Made by a program: the position numbers and the translations under genes | Shown: positions 1 through 11,900 of the stretch, piece by piece | Numbering within the stretch: the stretch's first letter is position 1 | How the letters are laid out: every line of letters starts with the position of its first letter | From: Moniliella sp. 'wahieum' | Taxonomy: Eukaryota | Reading direction: 5' to 3' | Assembly: GCA_003971905.1 (NCBI GenBank) | Contig: RSEE01000112.1 | Location: 174,333 to 194,332, forward strand | Length of the DNA stretch: 20,000 nt | Notes under the pieces: generated by a model | What the model was told of the DNA's origin: nothing | Database searches by the model: none | The model's input: only the letters and a program-made list of their open reading frames with translations

Positions 1-500
1 CTCGTGAAGATCAGTCCCCGACCATTCACCAGACTTCAAGGAAAAAAGTAGCGAAAAACGTGGTGTACAAACCAGCGTGCGAGCTGTGGTGCGGTGTCCG
101 TCGTGTGGACGTGAATGAAGTGACCCATTTTGGGAACCGATCCGCCACCACCAAAAAACGCGTCGGAACCATTGGATCCGGGGAACTGGGCTATGTGGGT
201 CCATCGTCAAGTTGGTCTACGGGTCTTGGGGAATAGTCCGGTCGGCTGGTGGCCATAGGCGCTTTGGCCCGTTGAAGCGGTCGCACGAGCGCACGTAGGC
301 CCCCCATGTCGGCTGACAGACGGAGCCACCAATCCTGAGTTCAAACACGGGCCAACATCGTGCCACGCTCTTCGTGGCCCGCCAAGGCCGAGTCATGGGC
401 TTGATGGAGGATGGCAGCGCGGATCGGCGGGTCGGCGGGGACGTAGACCTGGTCAGCGTGCCACAAAAGACCGTCGCGGAGCGTCAAGGAATGGTGGAGT
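1..500 (-). pseudogene. Ty3/gypsy retrotransposon integrase, N-terminal half (H2C2 zinc-binding domain and start of rve catalytic core), degenerate
   Basis: Manual minus-strand translation: LRDGLLWHADQVYVPADPPIRAAILHQAHDSALAGHEERGTMLARV*TQDWWLRLSADM/AYVRSCDRF...IPQDP*TNLTMD/IAQFPGSNGSDAF/LVVADRF/KMGHFIHVHTTDTAPQLARWFVHHVFRYFFP*SLVNGRGLIFT. This follows the canonical gypsy integrase motif order (HD-x4-GH, WW, YVRSC, MDFI, LVVVDRF-KM-HF, SDRGPQFTS). Contains stops and frameshifts. Confidence 0.9.
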
Positions 501-504
501 GTAA

Positions 505-1367
505 CCCTGGTGTGCAGACTTGGGCATCAAGTCGATCTTCAGCACTGCGTCCCACCCCCAGACCGACGGCCAGGCCGAGCACCTCAACCAGATCCCCAAA
601 CAGGACCTCCGCTGTTACCTCGACGAGCAGCAGTCCAAAATTGGTTCGACCTCCTCTCCACGGCCGAATTTGCCTACAACTCTCCTCCTCCCACTCGAAC
701 ACCCACCAATCCCCCTTTGTCCTCATTTATGGTTACTCCCCTGGGGGAGAGTTGAAAAAAGCCCACCACTTCGCACGCGACCGACGCTGCGTCGTACGTT
801 GAGGATTTGCGTTCGCGGCTCAGCTAGGCGCCCGCCGGACGCTCACCGCGGCTCAAGAACGCTACAAGCACTATGCCAACCAGCAGCGCACCGAGGCGGC
901 TTCCTTCACTGCTGGCCAGCTTGTCTTGGTCCGCCAGGACGGGCATGTGTCTAGCCATGACAACGATCTTCTGACGGCCTCGAGGATCGTTACCTAGGCC
1001 CCTTTCCCATTGTCCGCGCCGTGGGCCGCGCCGCGTATCAGGTTCGCTTCCCGACTACTACCTACACCTCCAAGACGTGTTTCGTGTGTCCTGCTCGTTT
1101 GCCTACACCCCGGGTGACCTGGTCCCTGCCGGCATGATCGAGCCCCCGTCTCCTCTCCCTAAATATCAAATTATGGTGCGGTGCATCACGAGAGGTCGAA
1201 CAGGTCCTCAACTCTCCCGTGCCTTGGAGGCCGCATTGCGTACTTCGTTCATTTCCGAGGCTGCTATCCCGTCCACGAGCGGAAGTGGGGTATATCCGCC
1301 GTGGACATGTCTCATGACGCCGAGCCGGTGGTCCGTTTCCATCCCCACTACCCTGATAACCCGATAA
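505..1367 (+). pseudogene. Ty3/gypsy (chromovirus) integrase C-terminal half, GPY/F module and chromodomain, degenerate
   Basis: Across frameshifts: WCADLGIKSIFSTASHPQTDGQAEHLNQ (520 onward), NWFDLLSTAEFAYNS, THQSPFVLIYGYSP, AAQERYKHYANQQR, LEDRYLGPFPIVRAVGRAAYQVRFP (GPF at 997-1005). A chromodomain-like EVEQVLNS..GRIAYFVHFRG..HERKW..VVRFHPHYPDNP follows at 1192-1363. Confidence 0.9.
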
Positions 1368-1782
1368 GCCTCTGTCTCTCATTCCCCCCCGACTCGGCCT
1401 CTCTTGCCCCCGTCGCCGTCCCGGAGACGAGGCCTGAAAGGATGCAATGTCATAGTGGGGCTGATCACGCTCCCATTTCCGATTGTTTCTTCGTTCCAAG
1501 CCTGTGTCGCTCTTTCCCTGTTTCTTCCACTTTGTACCACGTCTGCTGCTCTTACTTTTTCCCCAACACGAACGATTGCTACATCCCTTGACCTAGGTCT
1601 CAACTCTGGTCTCCATCGCCTAAGCCCCGAATGTGACAAGGTCCATTTCCACTCGTGAGGAGGAGTGTTGTCCGAATGGATTGAGCACCACATTGGTGAC
1701 ATGCGATCAGTGGCACTGCAGTACTAGCAGTCTTCTTATTATTATTTCTTCTTTCTTCTTCTTCTCGCTGCTGTGAATGGAG

Positions 1783-1906
1783 GCATAGCTCCTGTGGGAA
1801 TTATATGCAGTGAATGCATGACTTTTTACCACCTCCATCCCCAGTTAGCTGCACAATAACGAGCATAGCTTTTGGGAGCTTATCATGCAGTGAATATTGC
1901 GACTTT
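1783..1906 (+). repeat. Degenerate direct repeat (~44-bp core, 80-bp spacing)
   Basis: GCATAGCTCCTGTGGGAATTATATGCAGTGAATGCATGACTTT (1783) vs GCATAGCTTTTGGGAGCTTATCATGCAGTGAATATTGCGACTTT (1863). Confidence 0.7.
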
Positions 1907-4900
1907 AGAATTGTGGACTGCCGACGGGGGGCGAGTGGTAGTAATACCTGCTCACAAAACCAACCTACCTGGGGGCGACAATCACTGATGAAATGGCAAA
2001 CCCGTATCGTCAACGAGATCCAGATATACGGGTAGCACATCGCAATCGTGTCAGCGCATGTATAACTATGCCATTCATCGTCGGAGTGCCCTACAGTGTT
2101 CACCATGCTATGATTACCACGAACGTAACGTAACCTTCCCACAGTCCCCCCCCGGCGGTGGTACATGTCCAATGCTCTTCAATCCCGACACACTGCTTTC
2201 ACAGCGTTCTCATACACCTACGAAGAAAATCCTTTTCAGCGGCTCTCTCCGAGCGCATTTCCGCCTCTTTGTAGAAATATGCGGCATCATGCCCTTCATC
2301 TCCACTACCTCTCGCCCCAAACGGCAACGACGCCCAGCGTGTTGGAGTTACCAATTCAAATTGAAACAGTGTCGGAGAGATCTGCCCAGCGGTCTGCTAC
2401 CGGTAAGGAGGGAGATGGTGGACTAAGGAAATGAATTACTGGGGGCAGAAGTCTCGGGAAGATCTACTCGGAATAAACCGGAGGCGGAATGGGCTGGGCC
2501 GCAGGTGGCGTCTCACTCAACAAACAGTCAGCCTACCTCACCTCAATCCTTTCTTTGCTGGTTGAACTATCATCGCAGAGCCCATTATTGACCACGCGAT
2601 TCCGTAGTTATTGCGTTCACTTCCCTAAAACCACGTGCGCACCTCCTGAATATGGTCTGTCTTCGTTCACCCTAGAAGCGCTAGCTCACCGGAGTACCTA
2701 TTGGATCCTTTTGCTTCCTCTGCAACGGTCTCGCGCAGAACAGACATCACACAGGACTGTTCCGGGTTCCAGTACGAGGCTGGCGTTTATGACCTGCCTA
2801 TGATCTGTGAGAAACCACTCAGCCTGTAGGCTTGACACCAGACACCCTGAAATTTGACCGGATCTTGTTGTTGTAACCACATTACCTCCATGCAGGTTGA
2901 TCACTTGTTCTGCACCGCTCGTCATGATGATCGGGACCAAATATTATTGATAGAATTATCCGCACTATGAATGAATGCACGAACGATGAAAACATTTAGG
3001 ATAGTGCATAAAGTCTCTCACTCCGCCTTCCCCTTTCAGCGTCGAGCTCGCCGGAGATGAAATCGATGAAGGCAGTAAAACAAGCACGAAGCGGAACCAC
3101 AACCGGAACACCAAGGTCAAAGTCGTATATTCCTGCTCAAATCCCATGTGGCGTCAAGTTCACCACAATTCTACGGCTTTGGCATCTGAAACAATTGTGC
3201 ATTTTCTTCGCCCGCAATCGACGTGAGACCCCGCTAGCGCGACATGGGTACCAATGTCTATTCTATCATGTGGCTGTAATTCATACGTGGGCTCCCCATT
3301 GCCCTCATCACCACCCTTTCCACCAATCGCATTTCGGGAGTAACAATTTCGCTTTCTGGATGTTTGACTGGATGAACATCAACATTAACACTTATCGTTC
3401 GTGTCATTAGGGCAATTGCTTCCCCAAAATGACATAGTGGTTGCCTTCTGGGGGCTACATATAATGCGGGTGGGTTACGGCCAACCCACACACTGAAACA
3501 CTATTCGGACGCTAGAGTCGAATTTGAGATCCCTATGTTGTGGGAAGGGTTAAGCAGCTGTCATCCATTCCGTAGACATCGTTCGAGTTCTGGCAATATT
3601 ATGCCAATTCGCTATTTATTGATGGCAGAGGTGCAAACCGCTTCCGTCCGGTTTTTTAGGGGTGCCACGAATATACAATACAATATATCCGTCACTGTAG
3701 AAATATCGCATTTCAGATTCTAACTACGGTGGAACTGTAATATTTACAATCACTTCCTCATGTGAATGGAGCAGGGTGTGATTGCCAATGCGTCAATGGT
3801 ATTGGTCCTTCCTTCTTAACGTAATTTGGGTCGGCCACAACATATATGTAGTTGTGTTTCACCGGGTTTGCTATGAATATATCGGCAGCATAACGACTGT
3901 TGATATTTCGCGTCTGGCCATTGAGTCATGCCTATTTCCTTGATTTTCCGAGTTTGCATACTCGTCATTTCGGTTCGCAATTGTTTTGTCCCTGAATACA
4001 CTTCAGTACTCATTGTCTGGGTTAAAAATGCCACCAGTGACAGCGCAGATATTTCAAGTTATGCCATCGGGTATCGGCCGCTTTGCTTGTTCGGCACAGA
4101 CCGGATTGGATTGACTCGAGAGTTGCATATGCGTTACTCGCTGCAGAGATACAACAAAGCCGGATGGCTGGTGGGTTTAAGACAGAAGATAGACTCAAAT
4201 GGGGATAGATGAATGGAAAGGAGACACCCGGACTACCAGTTCGGCTTAAGAGGCGAAGGACTATTTTAGACTATTCAAACGAGAGAGGGATGGCATACTT
4301 ATTTGCAGAAAACAAGCAGTTCATTCTGGGAATCGTAGCTTGGCAGCATGTGTGTATTTATACCATGAAGCTAAGAGATGGGAATCTGAAAGCTGCCCGT
4401 TACCTAGGATGACATCAACCGTCGGTAGTCATCACTTGCCCTTTTTTTTTTCTCATAATCTCATTTCATCAGTTCTGGTCAGAACCTAGCCTCGTGTCCG
4501 ACCTGCAATTTGGACGTGAATTGCCTTGGGGGAGTCGAACTGCTCAATGGTTTCTCAACTCGTCAACTAATCCTGATGGAACAGGTTGTGTGACAATGGT
4601 ATGGACATGAGACCAGAATCCGAGTGTGAGTCTAACGATTTGTGTTTGGAGTCCGTGTAATTGTGCATCGCCAACGAGTGTGGATTCGGACCGTAACATG
4701 TGTAAAGACAGAGTCTAAGAGGCTTTATTCGCATCACGGACCCACTCCCATCGGGGAGGATCACATCACAATTGATACCCAAGCATTCAATTGGGAACAG
4801 GAAACTGAGGGGTGATGGAACGAAAGGTCTGGATCCCTGGGAGCTGGTCCAGGACAGTTTTGGTAAGCTAGAAATAATTGCAGGAAATGCGTGGATCAAG

Positions 4901-7900
4901 GACAAATTTTTGCAGGGCGTGGGTTAATGTCTCTCCAAGTGAGAGAATTTTGATAATCACCGAAGTGTCGTATAGCCACAACAACCATTTTCCGCAATTA
5001 AGGAAAGTGATACAATATACAACAGGGTGTGAGTACGGCGGCCGATATCCAAACGGTAAATATTTTTCAACACGTTTATTTTACCAGCGGGAAGATTCGC
5101 CGCCTCACCCTGCATAGATCCCCATTTGTGGAATGCAACCATCAAGGGAAAGAGCATGGGATGACCCATGCCCCAAAGTTAGGATCAATAAAGGAACGGC
5201 AAATAAAGGCGAGCAGAGAGGAAGAGCAAACAGAGAAGAAGAAGGACCTGTTGCCCAGCCCTGTCCTCAGCGAGCAATGCAGAGCCAGGGGGAAAGATTC
5301 TCCTACTAAACTCCGCGGGGAAGGAGCACAGCCAAAGCTAAAAAATGAAAACAATGGCAGTGTACCTAATTACAAACTCACGAGGGAAAGACCTCACAGA
5401 GGCACAGAGATGAACCCGGTCATCATTCAGCTCAACAAGTCAAAGCGCAATTCCTTTTTATATAAGATTTGTGGGAAAATGATTGAGGGATATTATGGGG
5501 GAAAAGACCACCCAGTAGCCTAGCATGTACGCCGGAGCCGCTACCTAGGCCACCTCGAACGGCCAATCAATATTCCACCGAACGGCTTATTGCGCGGAGC
5601 CCGAAGCCAGTAATCCCCAGAAGAGGGAGTGTCGGCCTGGCTACTACCACAGGATGTGAGCGCTGAACGTCTTATTCGACTAAGGAGCTTCTGCGACTGA
5701 CTCGTCCAGAAGACTGGTGCGAGCTCGGAAGCAATGAAAACTGACTCACATGACTCAGTGTTCGCCGGTCCTACGACGGATGTCAACAGAGAGAGACTGT
5801 AAGTGTGCGTGAACAACTAAGCTCCATCACGGACCCGAGTTCGAATCGGAGGATCGAATGTCCTCCTGGGACGTATAGTATTTGGCCAGGCGTGTAGCAT
5901 CGGAGAGTCCATCCACAAAATGGCGGCGTCCACGATGCCGTTCGGCGGGACCAGCCTGGCAGGAGCTGGTTGTGGTTGTCTTCATTGCTTTCTTGACCGT
6001 GAACAAAAAGAGGCACCTTGTAGCCTCTGGGAACCGTGATGTCTGACGCTTGATTACTAGCATCTACTTTTTTGTGGTATCGATGGACCACCCCCAATAT
6101 CGGTATTACACTGTCCCTTACTCTCTGTTGCCGTGACGCAGCACTGGCATGTCGCCCTGAGGATCCATACTTGATCGGGAGGACCATCTAATACCTTACA
6201 CCATGGGTACTTACAACCTCGGCTGCCCTGTTGACTTTTTAGTTCGTACTGGACATATGAGGTCGCACAATGAGATCTTTAGACCTATACTCGTGGCCAC
6301 GCCAAGGGCAATCTGATCTGTCGTGCCCGGCAAATCTCATGGCGTGAAGAAAACAGCATAATGGCAGGCGAACGATGTGGGGTGAACTATCCCGAGGACA
6401 GAGCGTGGCCCTCTCTTTTTGCCCGCCGTCGTTCATTTTGACAACGAAGAAAAGCAAGAACTGTGGAATAGCCAACTATAACTCTCCTGTCCTTGTTTCA
6501 GTGTAACAGCAGAAATGCGACAGATGGCACAGCACGGAGGGACAAAAAGGAATTGACAGACCGTTTCGTTTAGGCACAGCAACAAGAGGCTAGTGCGCTG
6601 CCCCACTATCGTAGCCGCTGGTGCCATAAGGCAAAAATGAACGCCCCCGACTCGGCCGATTCAGTTTTGGGAGGAGGGACGTACTGGCCTGAGAGTAAGG
6701 TTCTAGAGCATCGCTGCTGTGGGGAGATGGCGAGGCAAAACGCGTGGTGCTCAAATAACAGTCTCCGTCGGACCTAATTCCCCCAAAGGATTACCCCCAC
6801 AAGCAAACTAAATAGATGAACCAACGAGGATTACCGCACTGCTCCGACTTACCTACCGCTGGCTTTGTACAACCCGTGTACGACGTGAGAGCACACGGCG
6901 CAGGTGGTCCTCTTCAGTGATCGGACCGGGTTGTTGCCATCGCAGAATATGCGAGGCCGCTGTGGAAACAAGTACATTCGGAATCTGTATAGTCGGACCA
7001 GGGGGAGAGCGGTATTGGACAAAGTTCACCGTACAGAACAGGCGGAGTGAAGAAGTAGCATGTGTCCTCTCCCCCATTGCTCCAGGAGGATCAGGAGTGA
7101 TTCATGGTCCCCGCTGCCCCAGGTCGAGTGGAACGGGAGCGGGGCAGCGTGCAGTGAGTGGGTTGGGCTGCCGTCACATTGGTCCTATCTGCCAGCGCTT
7201 GGGATCCTTCTGAGAGCCAGTGAGCACCGATGGCAACGCACATCGTCCTACAGACACTTAGTACTACCACCACTGCCAGGGTGAGGGGGGAGCTCGACGG
7301 CGGTGGACAACGGGGGTTTCTTGGAAGTTTTTTTTATTGGCTCCAGAGGGAAACGGTTGCTAGCAAAGGCTATTACTAGTATATGTATTCAGAGGATGAT
7401 GCACAGCAGGTCGATCCTGACTCCTCCGCTCTTCTGCAACACCGAATAGGCTAATGATTTTTGACCCTTGGGGGCGCCTTTTTTTGGTCAACGTTAATTT
7501 TTACCCGGCATGCACCATGACCGAGACGCCTGCACGAAACAACGGTGATCTCTGCCTAGTATGTGGTGAGGGTGAGTGGGGAGGGCCACCAGAGCGTCGG
7601 ACGAAACCGAGTAATACTATTGCGGACAAGCTACTAGCATATGCTCATGCTAAACGGAAAGACGTGGATGGTTCCCATTACTACTTAGTTCCTTTCTTTT
7701 GAATCTGGCATATCATTCAGTTGACCGAGCTTAAGGCTGGGACAGGGGGAACGCTACGTCTAAACCGAACCGTTCATCTTGCGCCTTTCTTCATGCCGGC
7801 CTGACGAGAATACCCCACCGGTTTGAGGGGGGAGCACGGCACCCGGGTACGCCTCCTGCCTACGCTTGTGGCCACCTCAAAATGGTGAGGTGCTGCCCGC

Positions 7901-8951
7901 CTGCGGATCATGACCAAGGGAGCACCACCGATGACAAAGAATACATAGGACGGTATGACGCCGCCTACACCACTGGTTGTGCGTTACGGGGGTATACACA
8001 CCGTGCGTATGTGCATTGTTCCTTCTTTTTCTCTTCGCGGCACGTTCTGATCACTTCAGCTCGAAGCTCCTTGCAAGTAGAGATGTACCTTGGGTAGACA
8101 AGATCGCCACGTCCAGGCCTCGTCTGCTGTCGCCAGTGTTGCCGCTCACCGTAGGAGGGATGTCCATGCTGCAGTGGTCCAGATCAATCGCGGACTGCAT
8201 AGTAGGAAGAAGAAACGAAGGGACCATCCTAATACTTCCTTGCCTGCCAGCATGTCGACGAATGTTGGAACTCGTTGATATCCCTCGGTATCATTGATTT
8301 CGGAAAGCGGTACCCATGGTGTGGGCACACCCGAACCGGGCAGTGAGGAATTGCCAAAGTCAAACAGGATCTCACCATGGGGATGTATCATCATGACATG
8401 CATCTTTATCCCCGCTCCAGAACGTGGGGGATGAGAGATACGTGCCTGCCTCTCGTTTGGTTGTGCATGTGACGGTGACGGTGACGTTGAAGCTTGAAGC
8501 CCAGTGCCAGGGACTATATGTGGCATCAAGATGCGCAAGAACACTGGACGGGCGAAGCGGAGAGGCTGAGATGGGCGCACAGATTATATGGATGTACTAG
8601 GCGGAGGCGAACACCGCCACACCGTCCCTCGCTCGGCAGGACAGCAGCGAGGGCGGTGGTGGCGGCGTTGGCGGTGGCGTCGGCGGTGGCAGTGGCGCTG
8701 GCGGTGAGGAGCGGCAGGACCAGGCATGACAGCAGTCGACCGGAGCTTCTATGAGAGGAGGACGATGTGACCGACACCTGTACTAACTATAACTATATAA
8801 CTAACTTTTATTGTTGCCGCTGCGCCACACCTTCTTATTGCGCCCTGCTGCCATCATCCATCGTTCCTCATCCCCCCTCCCTCATCCCCCCGGTGGGAGA
8901 GGAACCTGCCCCGCTCGCTCGTGCCGCCTCGTCCCAGCGCCCACCACCGGC

Positions 8952-11900
8952 ATGCTCGAGCCAGGCGCGAGGGAGAGCGAGGTGCGCGCGGCGGCCGAAG
9001 CGAGTTTGTTTGACGACGACACGGATCCCGATGCTGAGGCTGAGGCTGCGGCTGGCGCTGACGCGCTGGAGGATGCGCACGACATCCCGTATCGTGTGCA
9101 GCAAGACGAGGTGGTAGTGTCCTGGGGCCCAGACCAGGCGGCGCCTTGTTCGCCCTCTGCGGCTGCTGTTGCAGCGGCAAAGTGTGCGCCCACCGATGGC
9201 CTCTGCGGCACTGGGTGCCTCCCCATGTCCATCATTCCCATTCCCAACCACACCCCCTGCGCACTTGGCTTGGCCTTCTCCAGCGCCAACATCCCCAACA
9301 TCCCCACCGCCACCTCCCTCGTCCTGGTCCTGGTCTAGCGCGCGGCTGGGCTGCTTGTCCGACACGCCGTCGCCCTCTCTGTCTCTATCTCTATCTCCCC
9401 CATCGGGCGGGATGGCATGTGGGTCGCCGCCGAGTCTACCGAGTCCGGCGAGTGTGGCAGGCTTAAGTCCGCTGACCAGTCCACGGAGCGCGGGGCTAGC
9501 CTGGGCCGAACACGACGATGGGCAAGCAGGCGCAGACGGCGGTCTGGGTTGTTGTACGCGCGTTGGGACCCGGACACGTACACATACACGTACACGTACA
9601 CGTACACGTACGCGCACACGTACGCTTCGCCAAACGCTTGGTACGCGTGATGCGCGTTCGACCCCCTTCCTTTCGCCCGACCTTGGTGGCGGCCCAAGAC
9701 GTGCTGGACGCACCACAACAGACGAGGGGAAGGTCTTCTGTTGGCTTCTTGCCACCCATGGGTGTGGTCCACTTACCCCATCTACTCCAATCCCTGTTCC
9801 TCTTGCTCTTGCTCTTGCTCTTGCTCTTCCTCCTGCTACTCTGCGTCGTACCTCCCGTGCAACCGCTCCAACCCTTGCGACTACTCCGACTAGGCGTAGT
9901 ACCACCCCACCGTCGATCCCCACCTCAACCTCAACCGTAACCTCAACGCCCCCTCACCCTTGCCTCGCGCACCGATGCCAACCGTCCCGCACGTCCCCGC
10001 CCCCAACCGCGGTGACGTGCGCGTGTGTGCGGGTGGACCAGCGGGTGAGTCCCCTGCGTCACTGCTCGGTCCTGCTGTGGATCCTACGGTGGGTGTTGCA
10101 GTGGGTGCTGCAGTGGGTGGTACTACTACGGCCACTACATGCGCGAGGCCGAGCGGAGCAGACGAAGCAGAAGCAGAAGCAGAAGCAGAAGCAGAAGCAG
10201 AAGCAGAAGCAGAAGCAGAAGCAGAAGCAGAAGCAGAAGCAGAAGCAGAAGCAGAAGCAGAAGCAGAAGCAGAAGGGTCACGGAGGTTGGTGTCCGGGTG
10301 AGAGGGAGGTGACGCCTGCCTCGGCGCGGGGACGAGCGGTGGCGACGGAAGGCAGGGTGCTGTGGGTGTGCGTTCCGCAGCCAAACGAAATGAACAGCCG
10401 CACGAGGAAGAGGAGACGCAAGCGAAGAAGGAAAAGGCGAAAGAGAAAGACAAAGACACGGTGAAAGAGGGAGGCCAAGGCATCCGAACGCGTGCGGATG
10501 TGGAAACCATTGCGACGAGGACGAGGTACGTACTGTATTTCTTTGCCTTGGCTTGCCTTGTCTGGCCTTGGCTTGCCTTGTCTTGCCTTGGCTTGCCTTG
10601 TCTTGCCCCTCTCTGCATTCGCTTGGTGTGCTTGGTGTGCTTGGTGTGCTTGGTGTACTTGGTGTACTTGGTGTATTGTTGTACTTGTCGTACTTGGTGT
10701 ACTTGGTGTACTGTAGAGCTTGTTGAGTTCGCCGTGCTTGCGGTTGCGTTCCGTTTACTTTCTCTCGTGGCGATGCCCGTCTAGCCTCCTGTCCCAGCGA
10801 CCGTACCTGCCCCCCTCTGCGTCCACTCGGGGACAGGCGGGGGGGGGGGGGGACACGCGAGGCGTACCTGTGTGGGTGCTGGTGGACATGCTGTGGCGTA
10901 TGGACGGAAGGGAGACCCCGACAACCGACCATGCACGCACGCACGCATGCACAAGGGAGATATCCTTTTGTTGTTTTTGTTTTTGTTTTTGTCTTTTTTC
11001 TTTCGTGTTGTTCACCCCAGTTCTTCCCCCCCCCCCCTCCACCCCACACCAGCGTGGCACTCCCTTGCTCCCTTGCTCCTTTGCTCCCTTGTTCACTGAC
11101 TCACTGACTCGCACTCCCTCTTTGTTTGTGTATTGCGTATCGCGGTTTGGGCGTTTTGGTGTGGGGTGGATTTGCCTCGCGTTGGGCATTTGGGCTGCGC
11201 TCTCCCTCCTCCCCCCCCCCCCTGGCGCACCGTGGCGTCACAGTAGCGGAAGCAGTAACAGATGGCACAAAGCTGATGATGGGACCTGCGACCACGGCGA
11301 CCCATCCGACGCGAGCGGGGCAGATGCAGCAGTGCGACGGCAACGGCGACAGCGACGATGATGGCGACGAGGACCATGACGATGGAAGCACGATCCCACC
11401 CGCGCTGCGGCCCTACGTGTGGCGCGTGCTCACTCGTGCTGGTTCTGGTTCTGGTGGTTGTGGTGGTGCTGGTGGGGCGCGCACCCCATGGCATACAACG
11501 CAGGTCCTACCCGACCAACAAGACCAAAACCAAAACCAAGACCGAGACGAAGGACCCTCTCGGGGCACGTCGACGAGGGTCGGGCACCACGCAATCGCAA
11601 TCGCAATCGCAATCGCAATCGCAATCGCAATCGCAATCGCAATCGCAATCGCAATCGCAATCGCAATCGCAATCGCAATCGCAATCGCAATCGCAATCGC
11701 AATCGCAATCGCAATCCGAATCGGAACCAGAATCGGGATCGGAAGACGAAGAGGGAGACGGGGCGTGGGGGTGGATGGGACGACCGTGCGACAGCGTGCT
11801 GGTACCGCTGGGCTTGGCGCGCGGTACGGCGGGGTACGTGCGGTTGAAGCTCGTCCTGAGGCGCGCGGCGGTCGTCCTGCGCCATGGGCAAGGCCAGGGC

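Larger units (their letters stand above)
1..1367. mobile_element. Decayed LTR retrotransposon (Ty3/gypsy, chromovirus clade), 3' part of pol, internally inverted; continues left of window
   Basis: Integrase, GPY/F and chromodomain remnants as above. LTR boundaries could not be determined. Confidence 0.88.

Noticed and set aside
2300..2370. Minus-strand LVTPTRWAS resembling the hAT transposase TRWNS motif
   Set aside because: Isolated short match flanked by stops, with no other hAT motifs found.
4210..4270. HPDYQFGLRG resembling the LINE RT QxGFR motif
   Set aside because: No downstream RT motifs recognisable.
4690..4698. CCGTAACA as an LTR terminus
   Set aside because: No matching TGTTACGG partner or TSD found in the window.
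5830..6050. Minus-strand HGQESNEDNHNQLL / HFVDGLSDATR resembling retrotransposon Gag
   Set aside because: Needs frame switching and the similarity is too weak to support without an HMM search.
6900..7295. Possible second degenerate integrase C-terminus/chromodomain followed by a purine run
   Set aside because: Only scattered residues match and no complete motif is present.
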